The position numbers and the translations under genes were made by a program. From NCBI RefSeq assembly GCF_026210795.1, contig NC_089434.1, positions 124,001-188,000 on the forward strand: a DNA stretch of 64,000 nt, given 5' to 3'. Position 1 is the stretch's first letter, and each line of letters opens with the position of its first letter. Positions 27,088 through 40,880 of the stretch are shown here, piece after piece. Under the pieces are notes generated by a model. The model was not told the origin of the DNA. It was given only the letters and a program-made list of their open reading frames with translations, and searched no databases. This DNA is from Rhizophagus irregularis (lineage: Eukaryota).

Positions 27088-29609
27088 TTAAAATAATGTG
27101 CTATGTCTATTTCTTGTTTTATTAGTATTCACGGTTAATGTCGTATTTCCAAATAATGTAGAATTTCGCTTCGATGCTTGATTAGAAGTGATAATAGATC
27201 TTGAAGTTGCTGTAGGGTTTGATAATGCTCTGCTTTTCTTTTGTTTAACATTAACATTGCTTTTAAGAGTCGTCGTAGATCCGTTTGAAATATTAACATT
27301 TCGACTTTCAGCGCTACCTTTACTCATTCTTCTGGATCGATCGGTTAATTTTTTACTAGTTTCAATGTCTTTTTTACAACCGAATTCACCTTTACTCATT
27401 ATTTTACCTAACCATCTCATACTAGGAGGATGATTTTGATCTGAAGCTTTTTTCAAAAAATCTAAAGCAATTTGAAACCTATTTTCTTCAGAATCTGTTG
27501 AAGGATTATTCAATAATATACGTGAATAATAATATTGAGCATCAGGATGATTTAATTTTGCTGCTTCACCAAAATATTTTAAACTTAATTTTATAGATTG
27601 TTGGGATGATTTTGTTACTTTATAATACCCTTTGTAATAATATAATCCTATCCAATATTTTGCTATACTTGATGTTGGATTTTTTCGATTACATTCATTA
27701 AATAATTTGAATGCTTTAGAATAATGACGATTTTCGTGAAATTTAATTGCTTGTTCTAAATCTTTTTCTATATCGATTATCTTAATGGTTGGTGCTGAAT
27801 TACAATCATCATCTGATAATGAAGTAGGAGAAGTTGGCACATCAATAATCTCATTGATGAATGTTGAATTACAACCATCATCTGATGATAAAGTTGGGGA
27901 AGTTGGTATAGAATTTGCACGTGATGTAATACATGATTCTACACGTGATTATTATTTCAAATATGATTATTAATTCAAAATAAATAAATTATTAATTCAA
28001 AATGTTACAAGAGAAATTTTGTAATAAAAAAATCTTACTTACCATCATTTAAAATGGGAGAATCTTCGGATGAATTGGAAGCAATAGAATTCGTATTTGA
28101 CATATTTCTTTCTAAAGGTATCTTTTGATATCGTACGTTATAAGAAGATTTTAATTGATGGAGAGATTCAAACATTTCTTGCATAGTTGGACGATTATGT
28201 GGTTCTTTATTCAAAGCTCTCCCCATAAGAGTAAGATAATTTACTGGTGCATCATCAACATATCTTCGTTCAATAAATTCATCTTCTGATTGACAATCTT
28301 GTGTAGCAATCTCCCAAAGAATAACGCCAAAACTATAAACTTCACTTGCTGAATTGTAATCCTCTTTTCGTTTAATTTCAGGAGCTGTCCAATTTGAAGG
28401 TTGAAAAGGTTTTAAATAAATACAACCATTATCTTTATATTTACCAAAATTATGAAGTTTTGGTTCAAGATTTTGATTTAATAAAATATTATCAATTTTA
28501 ACGTTATAATGGAGTAAGTTTAAATTATGAATATAATTTAATGCATTAGCAATTCCACAGGCGATTGAAAGTTTAATTTTCCAATCTAAATTTAAATTTT
28601 CTCTTAAATAATTCAAGAGATTATATTCAGCCCATTCTTCAACAACCCATAAACATCCGTTACGTTCAAAATATCCATTCACAGAAAGAATATTATTGCA
28701 ATCACGTGAAAGGTTCTTGACATAAGAAATCTCTTTCTGAAATTTAGAGAATTTATGAGACTTTTTCGAAATGTTACCAATATACTTTTCTGCAACTTCT
28801 TCATTAATAAAGACTCCCTTTCTTATATTATTTGCACCACGATGAATACCTGTCGAAATAATTAATTCTTGTTGAATGATAAGTCTATTTGGATTTTCTT
28901 CCTCGCAAGCAATATAAATATCATCATCATCATCATCATCATCATTATTATTATTATTATCATTATTATTCTCATCATCATGAGTAGCTTCTTCTTTAAT
29001 CGATTCTGGACGTTTTGACATAGCTATTAATCTTCCAATAGTTTTTACTTTTGAGATAACAGAAGGACTCCATCCACCTGTTTTCTTTGATTTTTCAGCT
29101 TCAAAAACTTGTCGAAAAGAGTTAATACAACTTTCTAAATTAAGAGCGAATTCTTGAATTGATTCCTTAACTTCAGATTGAACTGCGGTTCTTTGATCAT
29201 ACTTTCTTAAATAAAATTCGATATCGAAAATTAAATTATTAAAATGATTATATTCATTACTTTCAATTAATTTAACCTTTTTATTATTATCAGATAAATT
29301 TTTCATCTCTTCTAATATATTAATAGCTTGGTCAACAAATCTATTACATTTTTCACATAAATCATTATGAAATTTAAAATTTTGAAAAATTGATAAAACC
29401 CTTTTAGAACAATTCAATACAAAGTTTATTTCATGATTTTCATCTTTGGATGAATCTTGTGATTTCATCGGGGATCTTGGAGAGTGAGAAGTTTTTGATA
29501 GAAAGATTGAATTAAAAGATTTTAAATTTTGTGGCGCAGATGATAATGAGATTGATAGCATTATTTTAAAAAAGAAAAAAAAAGAAAAAAAAATAAATTT
29601 AACGAACAT
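27088..29609 (-). CDS. Helical N-terminal domain + protein kinase-like (probable pseudokinase) + Sel1-like repeats, 2 exons
   Basis: Kinase fold with HYNVKIDNILL, KLHNFG, WTAPE, EVYSFGVILWEI. Intron at ~27950-28040 leads to Sel1 repeats (AKYWIGLYYYKG, HPDAQYYYS, SMRWLGKIMSKG). Confidence 0.85.
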
Positions 29610-32397
29610 TGAGTTTATAAGGGTTCGGGATGAACGAAAAAGGGATTGTAAATAATTAACAAATTTGGGGTATATTTTAAAAAGATAAAACTCTTTCTAT
29701 GTTGCTTTGTTTATATTAAATGAATCAAGGTGCAGCGCGTAAATAAAGAATCGGAGTTAGGGATGATGATATAAGGAAATTTTCGTTTCCTTGTGTCTCA
29801 TTTGATAAGAGATTTACATATAAATTTACTTAATTGAAGTTTAAACTAAAAAAAATAAAATATCGACAAATTAAGAATATAATACTTATTTGTTTGATTT
29901 TTTTGGGTTACATTTTATTACATTTTTACAAATTAAACTATATAACTTTAATAACTTTAATTTATTATTTGTTTTTAGTTTAATGAAAATCAAAGATAGA
30001 ATAAGATAATAATAGATTTCTTTTTATACGTACATTTTTAGTGTAATAATTATTTATTTATTTATTTATTTGAACTTTATAATTGAACTTGTGAGGTTAC
30101 AAAGCTTGTCGTACAATTAGTGGTTGAATATATTGGTAGATCTATTATTGATAAAAGGCATACCCGGCTCGAGGCTTTTTTTTTCTCCATCTTTTAGTAA
30201 TAATAGTAAACACAATAATAAATAATTGATGGACTGAGTAAGCATAATAATAAAATATGTCATAAGTTTAATCTTTCTTAATCTTCTTAAAATTTTGTGG
30301 GGCAAAAAAAAAAAAAATTCAGGGGGGATTCACACGAGAAGGGATTCTTTTAAGCGTTTATAGAAATCTTTGTCCATATCTTCAATTAAAGGGGTTGGTC
30401 AATGATTGAAATATTCTATTATAAAAAAAAAAAATCACATATTGTTATACACTTATACCATTCTTATAACAATGTACAATGTACAAATAAATGAACGTGA
30501 CATTTTCAATTTTTTCATTAGATAATGGTAATTTTCTTACCGGAATGAAATATGGAGAAAAACATTTTCCAATTATTTATTGCCACATATTTGTTATTTC
30601 ATAATTCTCCTATTTTTTATTAATAAATCAATCTCATTTTATTAACTCCTTCAAAGATCCTTTTGGTAATGTTTGGATCTATCAATCCGATCCATACTCT
30701 TTTTGGATTAAGTGGATTCAATCGTGAACAAATCTTTCATCTCTTCAGTCTCGAAGTAATCCTTAAAAACATGAATCTCCAAACCTTACCTTTAATATTT
30801 CGTTTTAAAACAACGCATCGGCTAATCATCATGCGCTCTGATTAGATCATATCGTTCTGTATAATCTGGTAATCTGGTATTTATACCCCTTAAGAAATCT
30901 TTTATCGGGATTTCTGTTCAGATTTTTACTATCGGAAAAATTTGTAATAGAATGAATTAAAAAAGTTAAAAATTAGGGTTTGTGATTCAGAAACTGTAGT
31001 TCTTATTAAATAAAAAAGTTTTATATTTTATTCAAATTAGCTCGTTAAATATTAAAATTTTCCGTTTAATGATTCGGGCCAAAATTACAGATAATGTGTA
31101 AATATTAGCCAAATTTAGTTATATGAAATTATTTATAATTTCCTTTAATTTTGTAGAATAATTTATAGGTAAAGTTGCCTGCTTAGACTAATTTTTAAGT
31201 TTATATTTAAAAACTTTATTATCAAATCCTAAAAATCTGTTTAAAATTCAATATTATCTAAAAAATAAATTGAAAAGATCAAAATATAAATAAAAATATA
31301 GTAAAAATTTTAAAAATTTTGAATTTTGGTTAAAACTTTTATTTTTTTAAACAAATATACCAATTTTAAAATAAAATAAAAAGATTTATGTCATTTTAGC
31401 AGACTTTTTAAAAACTTCAAAATAGCTTAATAAAATCTTTAAATTAATAAAAAAATTCTTAATAACCTTCTTATTTAAAAAAAAATTAAATACTTAAAAG
31501 ATTTTTTTTACTTAGAATAGAATATTAATTAATATTATAATAAAAATTAAACCTATAAGTAATTACTATATATTAAAATTAAAGTAAATTAATAATCTAA
31601 ACTTATGGAATATATTTGCAGGCAGGTAGGATGTAACTTTTTTATAATAGGTTTGATTCTTGTAATTTTTTCTTTAAATAAGGAATACTGTTCCCTTTAA
31701 TAATCTGAAAAAAAAATAAATTAATAATTATTATTTTTTTTTTAAAAAAAAACTTTAAAGTGTTTACATATACTTTATATATAGAATAAGAATATAACTA
31801 TTACTAATTAAATACAAAATAAAACTCCATTCTAATTATTATTAATAATACCAATAAAAATAAAAATATAATTATATAAATTTATTAGTGAATTAAATAT
31901 ATATATTTATTATATTATTTTAATTAATTATTTTTTTTTTCATTTAAATTAATTTTATTTTTTTTATTACAAAATATTATCAAAATAAATAGAAATATTT
32001 TATTATCAATTAAAAAAAAATTATTTTAAAATATATTTTTTTTGTATAATATATTATATATTATAGAAATTTTCTAAAATTTTGAATTTTTACTGTAAAT
32101 TATAATTTAATAGTAATATGAATTTATTTTTAATTTTAAAATCCTAAAAATATAGCAAAATACCATTATATATTACCTTAACAATTAATAAAAATGTGTA
32201 GGAATTTCTGTTATTATACAATATTCCAATATTTCCTGATTTTTTTAACAATAAACTGGTTAAATTTTCATAAAAATATTAAATATAAATAAATAAAATT
32301 TAGATTATGCAACTGAAATGTCATGTAAAAAAAAGCTTTTATTTTATTTAAAGTAATTTCTTTTTTTTTTTAAGATAAGCCAAATATACTTAATAGA

Positions 32398-32589
32398 CCC
32401 TATAAAAAATTTTATCCGTTATTTCTATAAAAACTCCGTAAAAATGACTTTCACGGATCCATTCACGGAAAATGTAAATAAGTCGATAAATTCCGTGATA
32501 TAAGGTTATTAATTCCGGAAATATGAGCCTTTTACGGAAAAAAAATGGAATATAAAAAACTGAATAACGGATCGACTTTTTTTACAGGG
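32398..32589. mobile_element. MITE (~190 bp) with CCC...GGG termini, CACTA/CMC-like
   Basis: Left end CCCTATAAAAAATTTTATCCGTTATT versus right-end reverse complement CCCTGTAAAAAAAGTCGATCCGTTATT. Flanked by AGA on both sides (3-bp TSD). Internal TCCGT/ACGGA repeats. Confidence 0.7.
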
Positions 32590-32699
32590 AGATTAAAATA
32601 GTTGTCTATAATTTTTACAGTATTCATAAGTTCAGATAGCTTCATCAGTAAATTTTTGGGACGCAGATTCCCAGAGATTTCAACAATCTTATAATTAAT

Positions 32700-34475
32700 G
32701 AGGATCTTTAAGAAACCTCCCCTACCAAGCAAGCGAAATGCCAATTGAGGAAAGTCCACCCGCAACCTCTCCGTATAATGCCTCAAATTTGTAAGTAATT
32801 GTTATTATAGTTCAATTGTATTTTGACATTATAATTAGTGCTCTGAAAGATACGTGTCGACTTGGGTCGTTTGAAGTTCTAGTCAAGACTCCTTTCATAT
32901 CGACCTTTCTTCCAACGCGAGCTTAACAAAAGGATTCGCATTTTCGTTTCTTGCTTCTTTAGAACCAACTGCTTGAACCTCTCCCCTCTATGGTCCATAT
33001 GTGTGAATTACACACATGGTGAAGTTTTCTCTAAAATATTTAGTCAATGTCAAATATAATAATTTAATAGGGGCTGCCAGAGACCAGTCCATATGGTCCA
33101 TATGTGTGAATTACTCACATGGTGAGTGATATGTGGAATGTTAATATTAATTATATATTTTGCTGTATAAAGTGACCCACCACATATCATTAACCAATAA
33201 TGGATCCACGACTGCATTAAACAGAGGGTATATTGTTGTATATTTGAGTGATTCTTCAGTATTAGCTCCCTTTACGGAAGGTATATGACATATTCTGGTA
33301 AAGAAAAAAAAATCCTTACTAAATAAATATCAAAGGACTTCGCTCAAATAATTGATGAGCCAATTCTGCAAATTTAATATTTATGTGGAGGTTTTCAAAC
33401 GCTGAATAGTCTTCAATCCTCTCAATCTTAGATGGATCGTAATTAGAATCGAAATGTTTTTGAAGGTATTTAGGAATAGGTTGTGGAGACCATTGGACAT
33501 GATTAGCAAAATCTTGTGCAATTTTGTCAATTTCGTTCTGGGGAAACTCTGCATCCATGGAGACTCTCTTGTGTCAAGTCGAAAATTCCCCAGTAACCTA
33601 TCAGATAGCAAAAAAATCTATGAATAAGCAGTTTCATGTTAAAATCGAAACAACAAAACTCACGTTATAATTCGACGTGTTTTAGAAATATTATTTTGAT
33701 AACTCATAAATTTCTCAGAGATGCTTTTCCAAAAGCCATCTTGTCCTGAAAGCTATTAATTAGCATGCTGAAAATTAATTATAATCTCAACTGTAACAAG
33801 AAATTTACGTTGATTTTTTTTTTTTGAATTTTCTGAAGCAGGTAATGTCATTTCCTCTCTCAAACTGAATTCATCAATTGATTCAACTAAATCACTCTCA
33901 TGTGACTCATCAAAAAATAACGATTTCTCCATTACATCCTTTGATAGTTCATCGTTCGCATTGTCGGTTTTTCTCTTTTGGAACCAACAACGTTCGTGGC
34001 CTTAGCATAAACCTTCTTACGTACTCGTTTGTGCATGTAACAAGTTCTATTTTGGATTTCAAACTATGCGTGTAAGTATTCCATTTAATTAGTACCAGTA
34101 AATGGTTACATCCACGAACCTTCTTTGTCCTGCCGTTCCCTTATTAGTGCTAGATATGTCTATTCAATGAATTCCATTTCCTAATTCATATTTTCATAAG
34201 CATCCTACAATGAATGAATAGATACAATATTGGTACTTACATTCATAATTTTTTCACATATGCTCTAACACTAAGGTACCTCTTGATTTTATTTATCGCA
34301 CGTAGAGACTCGCAAAATTGTTCTACGCATGTGGGGGCTTGGCGTTCTCGAAAGCCCAAAACCTTGCCTGTACGGTACTAAAATATGAATGAATCTCCGA
34401 ATTCTCTATATTAGTCTCAACGCTATATGACCAGGTATCATCTGGGATTTTGTTAGCGCTCGTAGAATTTGACAT
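32700..34475 (-). pseudogene. Disrupted gene of an expanded Glomeromycota hypothetical family with a possible PD-(D/E)XK-like C-terminal domain
   Basis: Minus-strand fragments MSNSTSANKIPDDTW..., MDAEFPQNEIDK...LFERSPL, ...KVDMKGVLTRTSN, KFEALYGEVAGGL, interrupted by stops and insertions. Confidence 0.45.
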
Positions 34476-35299
34476 TTCGGGAAGTTAGAAAACTAAAACG
34501 CGAATCTTACCAACAAAAGCGCGATCTCTGCTCACGTGACGTTAACCAATCAAATCGTAATTATCAATTTGCGTAAAATGACACCGGCGGTCACTTGGGA
34601 GGCGAGGCTCTAGAATGTGAACTCCAGGTCGGCGGATTTGCGTAATCACATGTCAACCGAACATAGATTTTCCTATTTCTAAAATAAATTTATTGTAGTT
34701 AAAACTATTATAAAATGGTTCTTTAAAAATATTCTTAGGGATTCTAGGTTAATTGTGGTATAATAATAAATTTGTACAAATTATTTTGTGATGATTTTGC
34801 TAATACTTTGAACTATTCGTATGAAGAATATAACAATCCATTTAAATATTGACATTTAATTAATAATTTTTCTAATTGTAATAATAATAGGGATCATTCA
34901 TTCTGCAGAATTTACAAGCATGCATATGTATAGAATTTTTATTTTGTATAACTTGCAATGTATAATTTACTGTCTATTCATCTACAACAGTATTTAGAAA
35001 ATATTATATGCATACCATAATAATTTCATTTATGGAATTGTGGTATAACAAGTGCATCATTTAGTTCCATTGTTCATCCACATCTTAATATAAAATGTTC
35101 ATTCCAATCTATTTTACAGTAAATCAAATTGATACCATTCCAGTAAACAAAATATGGTATATGAGTAGGTCTAACATTTGGAGGATTTTGAGAAGTAGAA
35201 GGGACTGATGATACTTCAGAATTCAGATTCTGATGAAAAAGATCTTGACTATCAAGTAATATGATGTTTCCAATAAATTCTATCCAAGTAAGATTCTGC

Positions 35300-36900
35300 T
35301 GAATCACAGCAAGTTTTTCATACATGAATTCATGATCAGAATCATGATTATAAAATACCTGTTAAAGTATTTAGATCTAATAAGCAAAGCCATTTGCAAT
35401 TCAAATTTTTCTGTAATAATTTAATAAATTATATGCTTTAGCAAATGGTTTATGTAATTGTATATAAGTTGGCCTAATAAACTAGAAACCAACATCTGGG
35501 TTATATTTATTTCTCATCATCATATAAGATATACCTCATTTTACAAATTAATTTCAATTATGTACCTTGCCTGAAATTATCAAATTGTATTAAACTTCTG
35601 TCTTATAATCTAATATAAAATATATAGCTTGAAATAAAACTTGCTTTAATAAACAAGTTCTTCTCAATTTTTTAGTATTATATTTATCAAATATTGCCTA
35701 TTATAGTGCATATATATTACATTCATCTAGCTTAGAAAAGGTAATTTTAACAATAAGTTTGATTTTGTTTTTGCATTAATATTTCATCAATTTTTATGTG
35801 ATCTATTATATATAGTCGTTAGCCATGCATACTTCTTTGGTATTTTATATTTTACATTTTTTTTAAGTCTTTTATTATGATATTTATTATATATTTGATA
35901 AAAATTGTTAAATAAAAGCAAGCAGAAAATTAAAAAAATGTGCTATGTTTCCTTTACATAAAAAATCGCATACTTTTTCATAATATAGGTACATGATTTC
36001 TGTGATCTGAAAATAATTTAAAGTTTTAATTCCAATGATATGTTGTGCTTTTGCTAAGAATGGAAATCTCCAGAAAGATTCATTATCAAAAATCTGCTTA
36101 ACAGCATATTGGTACTCAATTATTAATAGGATTTCTATCAATATGATTTATATATTCAATTTTTCTTTTGGAAACAAAATGCTAATGCTACCAAATGATA
36201 AATAAGATATCCTTTTCAAGCAACTTTTCAATAATCTATATACAATAAATCTTAAATGATTTTACCATTTACCTGAAAGATAAAACTCTGAATTTTCATG
36301 AATCAAGCCCTATTTCTCTTCATTCTTCATCTGAATTGAGTTTTATATAATCTTTATAATATATTCAGTTCCAGTTACCAAAAGTATTTGCTTTCCGTTA
36401 CAATATTCTAAATTGCAAGATTCTGAAATTTTGAATGCAGTCAGATAGAATTTCAAATCTGAATAACATTTTAATTTAACATTTTCTGTATAGTTTTTCT
36501 GAATAAAATATAACTGTGATTTAAGAATATTCTACATTTAGCATTCTTTTTAGGAGTTATCCATTCCAAATTACCAGCCTGAATGCCTGATTATCATGGT
36601 TGATACCATTAATATGATTAATATGAGACTTATTCTCTGGGTAAAGATAAATGCTCATACAACTGAAATATGTATAGCGATAGTTTTATAAACAATGTTA
36701 ACTTTCAGTTTAATTTGTAAATAACCTTTTCTTTTACAGGAATTTTGCCTAAATATTATACCTTTTTGGTTCTTAATGTGTCTAAGATTGAAAAATAATA
36801 AGTCTGAAGTAGCTGCTACTAGTAGCCAAACTTTCAATCTAACATTTGTTATTTATTATAATATCCACTTTTAAATGTGCACAGTCCTAAATTAATTTGA
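35300..36900 (-). pseudogene. Degenerate DNA-transposon transposase, CACTA/EnSpm-like
   Basis: Fragmented minus-strand peptides LKVWLLVAATSDL and GIKTLNYFQITEIMYLYYEKVC resemble the D-L-P and D-x-M-H-x3-E-N regions of CACTA transposases. Many stops, AT-shifted. Confidence 0.45.
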
Positions 36901-38943
36901 TGGATGAAATCAAATTGTCCTTGGGAAGGAATTATTAAGCACCTGATTACTACAAAAAAACTAAGGAAAAGCACAAGGTAAAGAGACTGGTTAATGATGA
37001 AATTAGAGATCAGTTTCCAAAGAAGGTAATGAAAATTATACTCTGGAAGAAACAGAGCAGGCGTGAAAATTTTATGATTTTTTTTGTTGTATAAGTTCTA
37101 ACAAAATACAATAACAGATAAGTAAGATCTTATTCTATTTCATGCATAGCAAAATTAAGCTGGGATAAAATTGATTATATAGTTAGCCAGATTTCAAAGA
37201 ATACAGCATAGTATACATTTCATGTCACGTGTGTTATCCTTATTTTGAGTTGTTAAATAAAGTTCACCAATTGGGCTATCATATTAACCAATATATTTGT
37301 TTGCTAGTGTATATGTGTTACCATTAACTAATAAACATACATGTGCATCTTTAGCACATCCTCGTTACTTTCTCGTTACTCCTCTCATAATTCTCCCGCA
37401 ATATAAATCATGTGATATTGCGCCCACTAATGAAAATGAATCCGCTTATAAATCAGCTATAAACCGCTAATTCTGCTATAAATTGTTATATCACCAGCAA
37501 ATATGTCAGTCATAAACATGCCAATATTTATTAAGAACAAGTGGGTGATTCCTATTTCAACAGTAGAGGAATGCAACATTATTAGTTATAACAGCACAGC
37601 AAGATAGTTAGGTCATCTGAATAATGTAATGAGCGCGAGCGTCATGTTAACTTAAAGCTTACCAGTTTCGACAACAATAGGTTTATTGTAGCTCGTTGCA
37701 AATTTTTTATCAATCAACATTCTCTCAGCCAGTTTTTTTAGTTCGGACTTAATTTGTTTCTTCAGTGCATTAACGTTATTTCCCTTAAAAAAAAATTTCC
37801 ACTGGCTTGCCTTTTTTATATTTGAACCAGATATTCATTATTGTGATATTTACATTTAAAAAAGAATGTAAGAAAGAAATAGGAGACAAATACTTTAAAC
37901 TTTTTATCATTGACTATATTAGTAAAAAATCTATTGCGTAACTCTAATGATAAGAACTTTCCTAGATTAAATAATTTTGATCTTATGGGAAGTACCTGCA
38001 AACTGTTCTTAAAAGATTACTCCTTTCAATAATGCTTATACATTTATGAAAAGTGATAAATTAACAACATCATCAGTTGTTTCTTCGTAGGATGAGTCAG
38101 TTTGGTCCAAAAAAATTTAATGAAATAATTATAGAACTTCTTTGGATATCAGATGTGATACGAAAATCAAAAATCTAATGTGAACACCGGATTGGATTTT
38201 ATGAGGATCCGGATCGGAAATATAGGCAATTCGGTGTCTTCCAACATTACAGGATCCGTCCAAATCTCGAAGCTCAGAATCCCTACTAATATTGCCGATC
38301 CAGATCAGATCCTAAATTGACATAATTACCGACGTGTTTTATTAAAAAAGGGGAGGGGTTTACTAAGTCTGTAAGTATAATAAATTTTTGGAAAATTTAT
38401 AATTAGGGAGATATTTAAACTTATATATCATTATATATTTATTTAGAACAATTAATTTGGAACGGCCTTATGTATTATCTAATGAACAATCAAATTTATA
38501 CGGAAAAATTAATAATAATGATTTTTGATTCTTGTAATTTATAATACTAATACAATGCACTTCAACATTATTTTTGACAAGAACATTATATTTGTTTTAG
38601 TCCAGAAAAAATAATATTTTGATGCAATTAAATGAATAATTATTTCAATAATTTGATAAAATATATAACATATAAATACTTAACATATAAATAATTAAAT
38701 ATCAGAATAAATACATAACGGATAGATAATTAAATATCAGAATAAATACTCAACAGATAAATGAAAAATAAATAAAAATAAAATAAATATTAAAGATACA
38801 GACTACATATTGTATTTACTAGGAAAACGGAAACCGTTTAACTAATGCAGTACGGCGGAATTTGAATTGAAGGTAAAATTATCACTAATTTTAATTGGGA
38901 AATATTTATTCGTAAAGATTCTTATTAAGTGATATTGCGGCAA

Positions 38944-39135
38944 TTATTCAGGTATACATGAAGGTTCACATTCCAGACCACAATTGCTTCTTCCTGCTTT
39001 ATCGCATTCACAGAAGCAAACGTCGCATTCAGTAGGAAGTAACACACATTTATCAAAAGAATAGACTTCCATAACAAATATTGTTAAGAAAAAAAAGTAA
39101 AAGAAGAGATTATTGAGTGAAGTAATAGAGACCAT
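38944..39135 (-). CDS. Small secreted cysteine-rich peptide (63 aa, 8 Cys)
   Basis: ATG start, hydrophobic stretch LFFYFFFLTIFVMEVYS (signal peptide, V-Y-S cleavage), then a 37-aa mature part with 8 Cys. Confidence 0.7.
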   Translation of the reverse strand: MVSITSLNNLFFYFFFLTIFVMEVYSFDKCVLLPTECDVCFCECDKAGRSNCGLECEPSCIPE

Positions 39136-40004
39136 TTTTTATAGATGAATTTGAAGTTGAAAAAAGTTGAGATATTTTTTTTAATAGGTCAAAAAATCGA
39201 AGATATTTATAACTGTTATAGCCGATTGTAGTGATAATTTTTATATGAAGACAAATATATCAATTTTCAAAAAGGTGCAAGCAGATCATAAATTATTCGA
39301 TTTTTTATTCACATGGTCAATTTCGCCATCGCAAATAGCAATAGTTGTATATTCCGATAGAACTCATTGAATCGCAAATCGCATATTCCTATAGAACTTA
39401 CCATATATATATATTAATATCCGATATTCCATAGGATCATGTAAAGCAAAATTTTATAGCAATATCAAATATGAAATTTATTTCATTATTATTTATACAC
39501 GCAATAAAATTATATTTATATACATTATCAATTCTATAAGCTAATTAATGAAAGAAAGAACATAGGTGATAAGATTATACTTTGTTAGACTATTACTAAC
39601 AAGGCCTCTCGGATAATAATATAATATATATATATATGCTGACAAAAAGATTGACAAAAGATCTTAGCATTGTCAACCCATATGGTTTTAACGTAGCTTT
39701 AAAACCATTTTTTTTAAAGAATTTTTTTTGGATAAAAAAATTTCATTTTCTTATTGATAAGGGAATTGTTTTTTTTTAAATAAAATGAGAATTTTTTTAT
39801 TATAGCTGTTTTCAAAAAGGTGTTGTTCGGATGCAGTCGACAGATATTTCAGTAAGATATTGGGTAAATCAAATTTGATTGGTTGGTCCAGGCTCCGCAG
39901 GAGAACTCCCCCAGCGTAACCATCAAAAAAGCTCGGGCACGTGATTCATGTGATTTGACTGTGGCTAAGTGTGGCTATAGAAATTGCAGTTATTGCTACT
40001 TACT

Positions 40005-40285
40005 TAACCCTAACGAAAAGTTTCAGCCTAAACTAACCTTCCTTACCTAACCCTAAGAAACTCCAACGTCTACGTTATCTTCAATAATAAGTATTTCTGC
40101 CTAAATCAACTTTCCTTACCCTAACCCTAAGAAACTCCAACGTTTACGTTATCTTCAAGGATATGTATTTCCACCTAAACCAACTTTCCTTCCCCTAACC
40201 CTAAGATACTCCAACGTCAATATTATCTTCAAAGATAAGTATTTCGGCCTAAACTAACTTTCCTTACCCTAAGATACTCCACTCC
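40005..40285 (+). repeat. ~74-bp tandem repeat (about 3.5 copies) containing CCCTAA hexamers
   Basis: CCCTAAGA(A/T)ACTCC recurs at 40051, 40125, 40199 and 40267. Confidence 0.85.
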
Positions 40286-40831
40286 AAAGATGATTGCTTG
40301 AGAATATAATGAAATTTTATAGATGTTAATTCATAAGAGTAAAACAAATTCTTTTAAATTAATGAAATTTGAGTAATTATTTTATTAAAATAGAATGTAA
40401 TATTAATTTAACAATAAAATTTATTCAATTTCAATTTATTGAAATACATTAATTTAAAATAAATTATTATAAATAATGAGTGATATCAGTATGCCCCTTC
40501 CATGTTAATGGCATGGGTCACTTATTTGATAATGTTCAACGTCTTCACCTAATTTATCAATAGGACTATGTGACTTCCTTACTACTTTATAATACAGACT
40601 AGTTTTGCTCTTTTAGAAGAGAAGGTTGCATTAATTAGGCTGTCAAAATAACAGTTGAAATTTAGTTTGTTGAACTGGTATTATTGCTTACTTGGTATTT
40701 CTACAGGTTTCATATTTTCTGCGAGTTTTGTTTTAAAAGATTTATAGCTATTGTAAAGAAAATAAGCCAACTTTTTATTTTTTTTAAAAAAATTGTATTC
40801 TTGGTATTTGGTAATGTAGACGCGAATAGAA

Positions 40832-40880
40832 AGCTTAAATAATAGCTTAAATAATAGCTTAAATAATAGCTTAAATAATA
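40832..40880 (+). repeat. 12-bp minisatellite (AGCTTAAATAAT) x4
   Basis: Direct read of the sequence. Confidence 0.85.

Noticed and set aside
31100..32390. Extremely AT-rich tract
   Set aside because: No ORF, periodicity or termini detected; likely an old mutated repeat.
38185..38315. GGATCC/GATCC-rich cluster, possible MITE remnant
   Set aside because: No matching pair of termini or TSD found.
40005..40285. True telomere
   Set aside because: CCCTAA occurs only as 1-2 copies per 74-bp unit, internal to the sequence.
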